A stretch of DNA of 60,745 nucleotides, counting the filler, from Rhabdomonas costata (Eukaryota): the NCBI GenBank assembly GCA_019059605.1. It is 15 parts of 15 records of this genome, joined end to end, with 100 filler letters (N's around TTAATTAATTAA, not from the genome) between each part and the next. Parts side by side here need not be neighbours in the genome. Positions count along the whole stretch, not along the records: positions 8,143 to 12,126 come from JAHMHO010000427.1; positions 12,227 to 16,205 come from JAHMHO010000428.1; positions 16,306 to 20,270 come from JAHMHO010000429.1; positions 20,371 to 24,331 come from JAHMHO010000430.1; 11 more parts are not named here. One strand, written 5' to 3'. The position numbers and the translations under genes are program-made. Below are positions 11,460 through 23,940 of the stretch, piece by piece. The notes beneath the pieces were generated by a model. That model worked only from the letters and a program-made list of their open reading frames with translations. It was not told the origin of the DNA and did no database searches. How positions within the stretch are numbered: the first letter of the stretch is position 1; each line of letters begins with the position of its first letter.

Positions 11460-12228
11460 CTTACACAAAAAGAAACACATGCAAAATTCACGAAGTGGCG
11501 AAGTAGCATGCCAAGTTACGCGAACTAGCATAAACCATATGGCATTTCTTTAAACTGGAAGCTCTCTCCAAAACGGGGTTTGGAAATCCTGGTTATTGGA
11601 AGATTTGGAGAATTGGAGAATTTAGGGGGAAAAAGGTGTCAACGACAAGGACAAGGACGACTTTCACCCTCTTCAACGGCAAAATTCAGGTCTATTCCAC
11701 CAGACTTCCTGTGATTCCCTTTTAATCAATTTAGCGCTGTTCGGGGTGTCTGTGGACAAAACGGACAAAGTTGGGATGTGAAACGATGGAGTTAACTTTA
11801 CGTTGCGTTTTAAAACAAGTTCTTTCGCGGAGCAAGGCAGAAATACAGTGGATTACTGGTGTGCTAAAAACTCCCGGAACGGAGGAGCTGTGCAGGGCCA
11901 AACCCTTGCTCATCTGCTGCATCTAAACTCCGGGCAAGCGCGGTGATAGCAGACGACCCCACTTAAGCTCGCGACATTCAGCAAGGAGTGCAGAAGCGTC
12001 CGCTTCTGGGACTACCTGTCAGTCGGCAGAGGCAGTCGAGACACGGGGTTAGGGACCACTCCCCGGAAGTGCTTCGAAAACCATTTGGCACCACCCTCTT
12101 ACATCAACTTCTTTCTCACCAAACCCNNNNNNNNNNNNNNNNNNNNNNNNNNNNNNNNNNNNNNNNNNNNTTAATTAATTAANNNNNNNNNNNNNNNNNN
12201 NNNNNNNNNNNNNNNNNNNNNNNNNNGG

Positions 12229-15076
12229 TTTGGGGGTTCTGGTGCGGCACCTGAAGCGGCTGGTGGAGCAGGGCGGCCGGGGCACCGCTGTAGCGATGCC
12301 CATGCTGTGCGGGATGATCTGCGGGGGCACCCCGGCAACCCGGGCGCAGCTCTGGCAGGACGGAGTGGTGAGCTCCCCCACCTCCCCCACGACTGCCTCG
12401 CACCCATTCTCACTTTCCGTTTCATACTGAACCCAAAACACCTTGCACACACATTTTATACACACCCAAAAATGAAGCGTAAGTATGTGGAACTCAGAAC
12501 AGAAGCCATTTATAGGGCAAAGCTGAAGCAGGCCCGGGGTCTTTTCTTTGTACAGTGGGCCTCCCGAAACGCTGCGTGGCCGGTCCTTGCACCCTTGGCC
12601 GGTACCCACCCTTGGCGGCTCTTCCGTTTTATCTTGTGCTGCTTCTTTCCCCAGCACAGCGGAGGGTTTGTCGACAGCACCAACATCGTATGTACAAAAA
12701 CCCAACCCGCGTTTCATACTGAACTTCAGAGAGTTAACATGACGCATTTCGCCTGACATACCTGCCTCAGCAAAAGAATAAAAGCTCGTTTATATTGTCC
12801 GCTTCACTTCGAAAGTGAGAGCTATGTATTAAATGCGAGCATTTCGGACTGTCAAAGAAAGAGGTCGAGAAACGAAAACCGAAATGAGATTACCCCTCTT
12901 TACCGTGTCTGCTTCGGTGCATTGAAATTCCCTGTGTTTGTAACATTGAATGCCTTGAATTCTCACTTCTAATGTGAAGCGGGCCAAATTTAGTACTCTC
13001 ATCCTTGCAGTATGTACTCTTCCCCCAAGCCTACAACCTCGATCTTCGATGTCCTAGATGTTTACTCTCTGAGGGAAATGGCACGGTGAACAAACACATA
13101 CATGATAGGTAGGTGCTGCAACTGCTCGAAGCATCAGATCTTGTGCTTGCGAATGTATGGATCCACACTGGTCACGTCTCACACGCCCTGCCAGCCCCAT
13201 CGGACCTCCTCCGCATCGCTGCACCTGCATCCATCGCTGCTTTGAGGCGCAGCCTCTCCGGGCAAACACCGACCGCGAATATATCCAGATATGTCTCCGA
13301 AAACAGCAGACAAGATGCACGGGGACTGAGGGACTCTGCGAAAGACGCAATTCTTTTTCCGACACCCGTAGGCGTACTACGATCATCTGACATAATAATG
13401 CCTCTCTCTCTCCCTCTCCCTTTCCCTCCTTTCCACTTTCTCATGCATTTGACTGTGAAATGCGTGAAATGCATTACACAGCTGCCCTTCCTGTTCGCGT
13501 CGCTGCAACGGGAGGCCTGCGCTCCGCTGCGGATGACAATCCTGAACGCGGTGCACTGGTGGCTCGAGGTTAGCGCCCCGTCAGAGAGCAAGCGAGCGCA
13601 GGAGGTCGTTGCCCTGCCCGCTCATCTGGTGTGTGTCTGTGCGTTTGCTTGCGTTCGTTTTTTGAGTGAGAGAGAGTCAGACCTTTCTCAGTCATAATCT
13701 TAAATCTTAATTCTCGCAACTGCTCGAGACTGCGTCCTCTCCAGGCAACTTATGCCCCCAACAACAAGGCGCCTGCTGGCCCCCATGTTTCANNNNNNNN
13801 NNNNNNNNNNNNNNNNNNNNNNNNNNNNNNNNNNNNNNNNNNNNNNNNNNNNNNNNNNNNNNNNNNNNNNNNNNNNNNNNNNNNNNNNNNNNNNNNNNNN
13901 NNNNNNNNNNNNNNNNNNNNNNNNNNNNNNNNNNNNNNNNNNNNNNNNNNNNNNNNNNNNNNNNNNNNNNNNNNNNNNNNNNNNNNNNNNNNNNNNNNNN
14001 NNNNNNNNNNNNNNNNNNNNNNNNNNNNNNNNNNNNNNNNNNNNNNNNNNNNNNNNNNNNNNNNNNNNNNNNNNNNNNNNNNNNNNNNNNGAGCTAGCCG
14101 CACACATGGCATGCAACTGCTCAAGTACACCACTTTACCATTGTGCTGGAGTGGAAAGCACACCGCAGCCCGACTGAAACCTTTCCCTCTCAGCGGCGGG
14201 TTCCACCCGGCAGGGCCCGTACATTGTGGTGGCATGCGAACACACACACGCACATACACACGAGCACACGCACCATGTGGGCATGGGTGCAGGAGATTCT
14301 TGCCGAGGTGCTGGGCGGCACCCAGATGCAGGCCCCGGACTACCCCTCCCTGGTGGAGCTGCTGTCCCGTCTGCTGTGCTTCCCTGTGGTTGCGGACGGC
14401 TTCGGGAGGTGCCCTCCCTGCATGGACGTGCTGGTCGCCAAGTTGCAGGAGAGGTCTGCCTGTGCACATTTCTGGATGGGTGTTTGTGATGCATATGGTG
14501 CAGCGTGATGGGCAGCAGCCTGTCGCTGGGATGTGAGTTGTTGCACCGTGCATCTTGTGCATACTGGTGAAAACGAGGAGTGACTTTGTATCAATCAGCT
14601 TTCGTTTTGTCGACTGTGGGGGTTACCGACGCCACAAAAAGCCCGGGTCAGAAAGAAGAAAAAAGACAACGCAGAAATTTCGTTTAATTTTATGGACTCC
14701 CCTCGCTCGTTGCTGGCCAGAAATATTTTGGTTTTTGGTTGCAGGTGTACCAACGAATTATGAACGAGCGGGGGAAACAGGATCTCCGTTGCGGGTGTTT
14801 CGAGTCTGCGTTTATCATGAAGGTGTGCGAAAAAACCAAATCTCGCCTTGTTCCAGATCCCCTCACGCTGGGGTGAGGGGGAACCTCCTGAAGTCCGCCA
14901 GCCGAGTGTTCGAGTACTGCACCACCCCTGCCCAGCTCCTGACCTCCAGCCCCGCGCTTTGCGCCGCTGTGGAGGGCTTCACCAGCGCCGACCCCTCCAC
15001 TCTCGTCCGGGAGCAAGCCAGGAAGCTCATCAACGCCTTCGTCAGCGTGGGCAAGATGGGCCACCTCGCAACCTGA
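12229..15076 (+). CDS. C-terminal ARM/HEAT region of a Cdc15/Cdc7/SepA/MAP3K-epsilon-like kinase (partial); exons ~12229-12367, 13482-13604, [gap], 14293-14453, 14857-15076
   Basis: TRAQLWQDGV|LPFLFASL...ILNAVHWWLE and SPHAGVRGNLLKSASRVFE...DPSTLVREQARKLINAF resemble the conserved C-terminus of SIN/MEN kinases (RxxLW...AIxxWL; LNLLKxIxxxYE...LVxxxAxxLL). GT-AG junctions preserve the frame. The kinase domain itself is not in the window. Confidence 0.6.
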
Positions 15077-17572
15077 CCGCGGCAGACGTGAATGAAACCA
15101 CAACCGACGGAAAGAAGAGAAACCCATCAGCCATGGGTCATCAGCAGGTGAGCTGTTGACCCAAATTTGCAAGTTGGAAAAGCGGTGTCTGTAAAACGAG
15201 GGTGGGTTGGCACCACTCCGTAGGGGAAGGTTGTTTGTCGCGCGGCATGGTACCGTGGCTTGCGGGTTGATTAGCAAGCTGCGGGTGTACTTTCTGCGTA
15301 CGTTGTAACTGTGCAGCTGCAGTGTCTCGTTTCCAGTGTCCAGTGCTCACGCTCTGAAGGAGGGATTTTGAGAGGAAAGGGTTTGACCCTATACCACTGC
15401 TTTTGCCGCGTGCTATAGGATGACCTTTTTGAGTACTCTTGAGTAGTCTACTGACATGGAGACGTTGCCGGATTGGCCATTGTTTGTGAGGCACTGAGGT
15501 ACATCTTAGGTACATCCCGGAAAACCACAAATTTTCTCTCTACCCACAACTTTACTCACGTTATTTGAGCCTAAGACGCTTTCCGAGGCACCGAATGTTT
15601 GTGGTGCTGTATTTTTGCCAATTGTGGGGCGGTGACTTGAGATCGACCACGGCGCTCCGATCTTGCAGGTCTTTTTCCATTTTGGTGTTTTGGTGTTTTT
15701 CCATTTTGTTATGCTCCGCGTCAGGTCAAAAGCAAGAACTCAAGAAGAAGGCCCATAACGTGCAAGGGAAAGGATCTCTTTGAGCTGTTAGGGAGCGAAA
15801 AAGCGTTTGTTTTATAGACTACTTTTTGCTCTTCATGTCCGAGATTGTAAGTTTTAAGGTACAATGTAAATTCTCACTGTTGGGGTGACGCGGGCTGTAT
15901 TTGTGGAGATTTGTGTGGCATTCTTGCACCCCAAAGCATGTTAGCTTTCTGACCTTGCTCCCTCCGCAGAGTCCACGACTCCCTTTTTCTTTCCTCCTTT
16001 TCTCTTTGCTATCGTTTTACTTTTTCTCGTGTCGAGTCTGTTCTGGTGCCTCTCTGGAGGAGGGGCCACATGGCGTGCGCTTTGCCAGAGATTCGCTCCC
16101 GAGACCGGGACAAGCCCTGCACCCCCTCGCGGAAGAGGAGCTCCACCGTGGGATGCGCCGCCTCGGCCCGTTCCACGGCCACGGGAAGCTCCCCTGGGGG
16201 GGCCCNNNNNNNNNNNNNNNNNNNNNNNNNNNNNNNNNNNNNNNNNNNNTTAATTAATTAANNNNNNNNNNNNNNNNNNNNNNNNNNNNNNNNNNNNNNN
16301 NNNNNTGTTCTGGAGACGAATGCCGACACCGAAGCACAAGACAAGCACAACACACCAACCCCCTCCGTGCTTGCGTCCAATTCATTTCTCATTTCATGAC
16401 GGAAATTTTTGTTAAGGACATGGAAACGCTCAGATTTTGGGCAGTTGGATTGGACGCGAACGAACAGGTGGTGGAAAAGCAGCAGCCGAGGAAGAGTAAA
16501 GCTGGAGCACTGTGCCATGCACTCACCCGTGCCAGTGAAGAAGGGACTGCCGTCGTGTTATTTTTCAGTGGTTGGGTGGTTGTTCCCTGCTTTGTCGAAC
16601 TTTCATTTTCGATACTCGAAGCAACCGTTTCTTCAGGTGAAAACCCAACCACCGAGCCATGGTTGCAGAACAAAAAAAACAGCGTGAACGCGCCTTTTTC
16701 AGCTTCTTCAACTCCGGTGTGTAGCTACCAATTTTCCGCTTCTCTTCCTCGATTGTCCGAATGCGGTCTCGAAGCAGCTTTTTCTCTCGACTGTGCCGTC
16801 GAAGCATCTGCCCACGGGTTTCCGAAGAAGGCTCCTGAGTACCTTAAACAAACCCAAAGGAATAGTAATGCTCATGGTAATGGCAGTGAACTGTGAGCTT
16901 CTCGACGAAACAAAATAAGCGAGATGCCTTCTTTTCGGCGATCACACTTTTTCTGTATTGTTAAATTTCCTGTATTGTTAAATTGTTATTTTCTTTTATT
17001 CCGCGAATTTTACGGTTTTGAGTTTGGCTATCATTCAAATGACAGCAAATTAAAAACCAGAGGGATAAACCCGACACAGCGTTTCCAACGATTCCAGCAC
17101 TTCTGTTGTGCCGATATTTGTAGCAAAAGAGAACCAGCACCACTGAAGAAACATATTGCCGAGCTTAACAGCGCCCATACAAAGAGCGCGCTGCGCAAAT
17201 TTTAATGGGCAGTGAAATTGAACTTCCTCTTCCTCTGTCAAATTTCATTTACCTCCATGAAGTTCCGCAAATCATGATGGCCCATTGTTAAGGAGGTTAT
17301 GCATGAGGGGCAACAAGCTGCACCGTTTACCGACGCCCAGCAAAGCAAACGAGCGCGCAAACCTACCATCATCGTCACTGGCAGCCTCGGCAGCAGCCGG
17401 TCGGGAGTAGGGGTTGTGTCTTTTGCGCCGGAGCTGCTTCTTCGACTTGGAAAGGGTCCGTCTGGGCATTTACAAGGAAAGCTCACGGGGACAAAGGTGC
17501 TGCAACCTGGAGACAAAACACCAAACAACAAGGGAAAACGGGAAAACGTCCGTCCGTATCCAGCAAAACGGA

Positions 17573-17656
17573 GGTGTCATACTCTACGATCGGTGTCAAT
17601 GGATACGGTGTCATACTCTACGATACGGTGTCATTGGAGGTGTCATACTCTACGAT
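17573..17656 (+). repeat. Composite tandem repeat: 3x GGTGTCATACTCTACGAT alternating with 2x GGTGTCA(A/T)TGGA, period ~33 bp
   Basis: Exact 18-mers at 17573, 17607 and 17639. The GGTGTCA core occurs five times in 84 bp. Confidence 0.9.
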
Positions 17657-18958
17657 CCGCTCCAACTAAATCAAACTTCTCTATCTATGTCCTATGAAAA
17701 GGCCAAAAGCCCCATTCTCATTCTAATCGGAAGCGACACTTACCGATTTAAAGAGATAGTGTGATGTGTTCCTTGTCATCTTGTTTGCAGTTTGTACGTG
17801 CGTGTTGAACTGCAAAGTGGTGATATTGTGCCGTGAATTGTTTTAGAAAACAAAGTTAGCGTGAATACCCAATATGCCATTTTGCGCAAAAACACTAAAA
17901 TCACCCCGCCATGGCACCTTTCGAAGTGCCACTTGGACTCTGGTAGCTGGGTTTGTGGCTTCTTCCGAGGACTTTGACAAGACGCTCTACCACCCTCCCC
18001 GTTCGCCTTCCAGCACTCTCCAGCCATCTATCTTTCAACACGCAATCTCTGGGACTAAATTCTGGAACGACATAACTCGGGGGCCTGCCATGTGGCATTG
18101 GGAAATGTCACTTTTCGCCTCAAAAAATTAAAGGGGGCAAAGGGGAGACACAAGGAGGCAGGTGGTTCCCGAGGTGGTACAAAAAGTTCATTGCATACTT
18201 CTGGTCTTCTTTCTGGTAGGCAGAGAAGCCGAAAGTTTCCATTATTACGCAAAACGAAGGTGGACTGGGAAGGTGGGTTGTGACGGCACTGTTATGCCCA
18301 TCAACGCATCAAGTGTCGATCCCATGAAGAGGACACCCTCCTGCGGAAGCAGAAAGCGTCAGTTACCAAACCCAGGGCCTCAGAGTCCAGCTCCAACTAT
18401 ACCACCGGAAACCGTTTCGCCAAGGAGAAGGGGTTTGCAGTATGTCTCCTTTTAGGCGAAAAGCGGCATGAGTGGAATCTTTCGGTTTGCCCTTTAAAAG
18501 CAGACGGAGGTAGGCGAGGAGACAGCAGGGAACAGAAGATGGTCTCACCCATCCCCAATGTGAATTGAGCTAGGAACCAAAAAAAAATCATTCAGTGCAC
18601 ATACTCCCTCATCATCAAAAGGAGAAAAAGAGACTTTACATTCTTTCCCATTTCTCAATGCATCAGCGAAAAAAAAAAAGAAATACGGAAAACAATTCAG
18701 ACGCAAGCCAATTGTGAAGGTTGATTTGGGTCAAAATGATGCAGGTGCCTTGCGTTTTGTCAACTCATGTTTTTTGATATCGTTGCGAAAATGTTCGCTG
18801 TTATATTGTCAAGGTAGAATTTGCCTTTCAGAAACTTTTGGTGATTTGAGTCAGCTTGCTGAGTCAATCAAAAGGCACACTCCCAACCTCTCTTGTGTTG
18901 GCCGACCAAACAGATTCAAACCCACTTGGAAAACGGCCACAAAAACACAAAGAACATC

Positions 18959-19031
18959 TGGAAGAGTTGGGACTCGAACCCAAGGCCTCTCGCATGCTAA
19001 GCGAGCGCTCTACCAACTGAGCTACACTCCC
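18959..19031 (-). tRNA. tRNA-Ala (anticodon AGC)
   Basis: GGGAGTGTAGCTCAGTTGGTAGAGCGCTCGCTTAGCATGCGAGAGGCCTTGGGTTCGAGTCCCAACTCTTCCA: 73-nt cloverleaf with the G3:U70 Ala identity pair, A and B boxes, no encoded CCA, and a downstream T-run. Confidence 0.96.
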
Positions 19032-19237
19032 ACGTGACAGGCGGGGCAGGTCCATGCTGCACGGTGTGCATTCCCAGACTTTTGCAAAATGATTCCAAAG
19101 TTGTCCTTAAACGTTTTGTATACCTTGCTGAACCCTTGGTGAGAGCCTCCAGGCCACTCAGAGCGCTTTGGGCTTTTCCTCGTGCGCACTTTTGGACTTG
19201 CGCCTGCCTACAAAACGGAAAACGCTTCAGCACGGAA

Positions 19238-19308
19238 GCATTGGTGGTCTAGTGGTATGATGCATCCCTGCCACGGATGCGACCCGGGTTCGATTCCCGG
19301 CCAATGCA
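19238..19308 (+). tRNA. tRNA-Gly (anticodon GCC)
   Basis: GCATTGGTGGTCTAGTGGTATGATGCATCCCTGCCACGGATGCGACCCGGGTTCGATTCCCGGCCAATGCA: 71-nt cloverleaf, followed 2 nt later by a TTTTTT Pol III terminator. Confidence 0.97.
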
Positions 19309-21599
19309 AATTTTTTCTAATTTCATGACAATGGGAGGTTTTGAGCCTACCACGTGATTTAAAATGGTCAGCTTATTTACCTTTTCCTTGTGGTCCATTG
19401 ACCCAATGCTTCGGTCGCTTGGCTTTCCGCGGGAAAAGGCAATTAGAAGGCACTGGAATAATAAAAGGGTCTAAAATGCGTGCGAAGGGCACAAAAAAGT
19501 GCAAATCAAACCAAAATTATTCGGAGGGATCGAAAATGCAAAAAATTGCCTTGATTGCAGGTTGCACTTTTTCACCAACCCTGCTTCCGATCCACTGGGA
19601 GGCCCGGCGATGAGCGTTTCCCAAAACAAGTGTTTTCATAATCTGCCAGCACGCTGAAAGGGGCAAATCGTTAAGTTCTGGGAGAGCTCGTGGTGTCAAA
19701 GGGAACGTTGGGGATTGACTTTGCCGGAGTGCTTGTATTGCTCGGAGTGTGCTCGCCCCGTCCCTACGTGAAGCACGTAGGGAGCACGTCGTTCTCCCCG
19801 TTGCGTGTGTTTGGAGAGTTGCCGGCCAGTGGTGGTCTCTTTCCTGGAAAAGTTCTTTCCTTGGGGGGTACGGGTCCCTTGGCCACCGAGGTCACCGCAC
19901 CTCTCCCCACTGGCCTTTTTCTTGTGGGGTCCACTTAAGGCGACCCTCTTTGCCCAACCGGTGCGCGCGCCACGACAGCTTCGGAGCCGGGTGACCCCCG
20001 CCGTACAAAACCTGCCTCCGCCACTTTCAAGAAGGCCATGGGGCCATGGATAACGTGGCCTTTCGAGACCGCCAGTGTCTCCGCCAACGCGGACGACATC
20101 TGGAGACCATGCTTTCCTAAAACAAAGGTGGTCATTCTCCCTCTTCTGCAAAATTCACTGTAACCCCAACTCAAGTCTTTTAACCACCCAAGAAAAAACT
20201 TCAAGAATTTTATTCAAAAAATCAATGTTACATTTTAACTATGACACCGGTAGTAAGCAACAAACCAACANNNNNNNNNNNNNNNNNNNNNNNNNNNNNN
20301 NNNNNNNNNNNNNNTTAATTAATTAANNNNNNNNNNNNNNNNNNNNNNNNNNNNNNNNNNNNNNNNNNNNGTGGTGGGTGTGTTTGGTTGGAGTGTGACA
20401 ACGATGCAATGGAGAATCACGGCCCCATCCTCATTTGCGTGCGCTTGTGGGTGCTTCGCGTGCAAGGTGCCTCGATAAAAAAGGCTTCACGCATGCCGAC
20501 CACTCGCGCCGCTGCTCCTTCACTGCGGCGTGCGCGGGGTTCTCACCAGAAGCATTGCCCGACATGAGCAAGAGGGAAGGAGCGGATGAGGTCGTTCGAT
20601 AGTATGACGTAGCGGTTGCCTTGGTACGGAGCTGCGGTCGCCGTTTTGGAGACACAACCGCTACACAACCGCTTGTGCATTGTCATCGTCGGCCTGTCGT
20701 CATGGAATGGCCGCCGGCTGCCCAAAATAATTCATCACGATAACGCATCGGAGCCGCCCCACACAAAAGGAGAGCAGCGGGAAGCCACGGGCTTCTTTGT
20801 GTTCACGGTTCTTGCTTTTCAAGTGCGCAAAGTTCACGTTACCAACGTCTTCGTAAACGGAAAACGCATGAAAAACGACGATGGCATCGTTCAGTTAACC
20901 CGGCCACGGCAAAAACCAGAAATCAGAATTTCCAAAAAAAAACGTTCTAGGAAACGGAAAAGGGCCAGCATTCTGCCCCCATGGGCCTTCTTCAACAACA
21001 TGGCTTTATGGCTTTGGTTTAAAACTGTCACAGTTGAAGCTGCTCGACAAGGACAATACACAGAAATATGACCCCTAGATCACCTTCCAAGCCAAGATGT
21101 TTTTTTGAAATGTGGATATTGAAAAGCGGACCCTATTGGTGCCCACGCACATTAGAACATCAGAACCTCCTACTCAGCCGCTATATTTGGTGGTTCGATC
21201 CTGAACCGCACCGACGAGGCGGGCTTCGGTTGCCAACGAAATTTGTGGATGAACAGGTTGAGAAGTCATTTCTCGCTCCACAACCTAGACAAACACCAAA
21301 AGCATACCACAAGGCGACACGTGACACGCATGCCTGATGTCCAACGTCCCACACTGAAGTTATTTTTTTTTGCGCCCAGCCACCTTGAGAATCGCCCCAC
21401 ACTGAAGTGGCCATTAAGATGCCAGCTCTGCACCCAAGCCTCCCACTCATTCCCTCGGCTATCATCTGCACCCTGAACGCCAACGGCGGCGTTCAGGATC
21501 CGGGGGAAAGTGAGCGAATGGACGGAGGGGGGGGGAGAGAAGCGGCTCTAAGCCACCCCCATACCCACGCTCCCCATTCTCTGCCACAATGGCAAGGCC

Positions 21600-23940
21600 T
21601 CAGAGCACAGAAGATGCTGAGCTCAACCTCCGGATCACGCCCGGAGGCTGCGTGGGGATCGACAATTTCAGGGCGTGGGGATGGATCATCCGCAGCTCGG
21701 ACCAGGCCTGGGCCATTTGAGCAAGTGTCCTCACATCAATCACCTGGGTCCTGTAATAACACAACCCAAAAGACCTCGCAGTAGCAGCAGCTCACGAAAT
21801 CTCGGCGTCTCAGGAAATGTACACGATGACAAACCATTAAACGCAAGCGGATCAGCAGACAAAACAGACTATTCGACCGATTTCCGACACCAACCACGTG
21901 CTGTGTGCGGTGCGCCAAAATAAAACTGTGAGTATGGTCACAGAGGAGATAACGTCGTTCCAAAAAGATGAAAAAATATTCACAAGGGAACGGGCTTAGC
22001 TAGCATATGTGTGTTGGGCGCCTGCTGTTGCCTGAAGGGCTGTTGCCTGACTGGCTGTTGGTGACCGGGCACATGAGCTGTTGACCGCTAATGCTCACGA
22101 GAGATACACCTGGAGCACACGGTGTGTGTCGATGTGTGTGTAAGTGTATGTTGAGGCTCGCGCGCGCGCTCGCTCGGTCTGCTGTATGAGTATGAGTGTG
22201 AGCGTGTGAGCTGAGGCCACCAGAGGCATCCACACCGGAGATTGAGGCTCTCCCCAAACCTCTGTGAGAGGTCTTCCACCACCGCTGCGGGGGTGCCCAG
22301 CCGCAGCAGGGAGGACCCCAGGATCGTCCGCCTGCGGTGAAAGGCCACCGTGGAGAATTGCGCCAGTGCCAGTGGTGAGACCTCCGCTAGAGGGGTCTTC
22401 CGCGGCACCAGTCGCACCTAATTCGCACGCGCCATGCCAGGAAACCTTGCAATGCCAATCTGCGTCACAGGAAAAAGACAGCCACCACTGCAACTTTGCT
22501 ACGGACCACTCAGTCATTAAGTAATTGGTGCTACGTAACGTGCACCCGCCGGTTCCAAGGCGGCATCCTGGCCCGAAAAAGACAGTTTTGGATGTTTTGG
22601 GGCACAGCGCAGCGGCCCAAGATCCTCCGGTGTTGGAGGGTGGGAGCTTTGCATTTAACCCTGAGGAGGGCTTTTGGTCTTGCAATGGGTTAAGGGGCGG
22701 CGCACGTGCTCAGAATGAGTGTTATTATTGAACTTGGGCGCCAAGCACGTGTCCCAAGATGAGATTATTTCGTCTTGCAATGTTTTGAAAAGAGAAGATA
22801 CATGCGAGGTCCGGGGGACTTCGATAATGGATTAACTCTGTGCTTTGTTGCGTTGATTCCTTCCCTGTGATCCCTGGGCAGTTTTCGCGCACAGAGGAAT
22901 GGCCCTTGTCTGACCGAATGACTCACCCAAGGCTGGAGACTGACAACTCAACGACAGTCTATTGTGGTCTCCAAGGCTGTGGATTAAAGACCACCAAGTT
23001 TGTTCGCAGACCTGCAGTGCCTGCGGTCCCCATCGGCGTGTTGTCAAACCAATCGATTGTAGTTGGAAGTGTAGTATTGAGCTTGCGGGTGCCATAAGAA
23101 AACGAACATCGACTATTGCCCACTCGAACAATCGTCAAGTAATCGTTTGTCACCTCAACTCTTCTTTCAAACATCCAAAACCGAACCCCGCCCCCTTTGG
23201 TCCTGGTCCAAACCAGCTTTGAAGACACAGCACAATACACATTACATCCACATCCGCATCACCCATAAAAAGGGGGGGGGGCGTACCAGCGCGGCGTCCA
23301 CCTTAGGAGAGGGGATGAAGGACTGGCGGCCCAGCTCCATCAGCAGCTCCACGTGGCAGAAGTTCTGCACGAGCACCGTCAAGCGACTGAAGCTTTCCGA
23401 GCCGGGTTCAGCCAAAAGCCTGTCTGCCACTTCCTGGGGACACACACCTCGCATCGCACCACCTCACGCCAAAGAGGGAATGGTTGAGAGCCTCAAAAAA
23501 TTACGAGCACGAAAGGAAACCAAAAGGTTCGCCAAAATTAGGAAGTGAAGCAAGCGATTCGCTTGACCGTGGCCATGTCGCCATACCGCACGGCCAGCAA
23601 GCTACTCCATCACAAATTCATTCATGCAGCGCCCGAGCGCGGCAAGCCCAATCGTTGTGGGAAGGGGAAACGTCATTGTTCAGGTGACATCGCATGCGGT
23701 CTGTGAATCTTCTCGTGCAAGAGCATTGCCCGCCTTCTTCCATCTTCGTTCGGAACGTTTTGCGGTTACATGATGCGAGGTTGCTTGGTCAGGGTAAACC
23801 ACTCCAGCTAATTGAAGGAAGATGCATAAGAAAGACGCAGAAAAAATAAAGAAAAGGTTGCATCCGCAAACCTTCTGGAACGTCAGCACCATAGGAACGC
23901 GGCCCAACCTGAAGATCCCCGGGTTGTTCACGTCAGCCAT
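21600..23940 (-). CDS. KsgA/Dim1-family rRNA adenine dimethyltransferase, most like mitochondrial TFB1M (3' part); exons 23940-23872, 23433-23287, 22417-22236, 21750-21600
   Basis: Spliced GIFRLGRVPMVLTFQK|EVADRLLAEPGSESFSRLTVLVQNFC...SFIPSPKVDAAL|VRLVPR...AFHRRRTIL matches the FQKEVAxRL, SRLSV, FxPxPxVD and FxxRRKxL motifs. All junctions are GT-AG and in frame. Confidence 0.88.

Noticed and set aside
17573..17656. CRISPR-like array
   Set aside because: Repeats are only 18 bp, spacers are 14-16 bp and similar to each other and to the repeat, there are no cas genes, and the context is eukaryotic.
20371..20391. Telomeric repeats at contig ends
   Set aside because: The G/T runs have no fixed repeat unit, occur on almost every contig, and interrupt coding exons; better explained as primer remnants.
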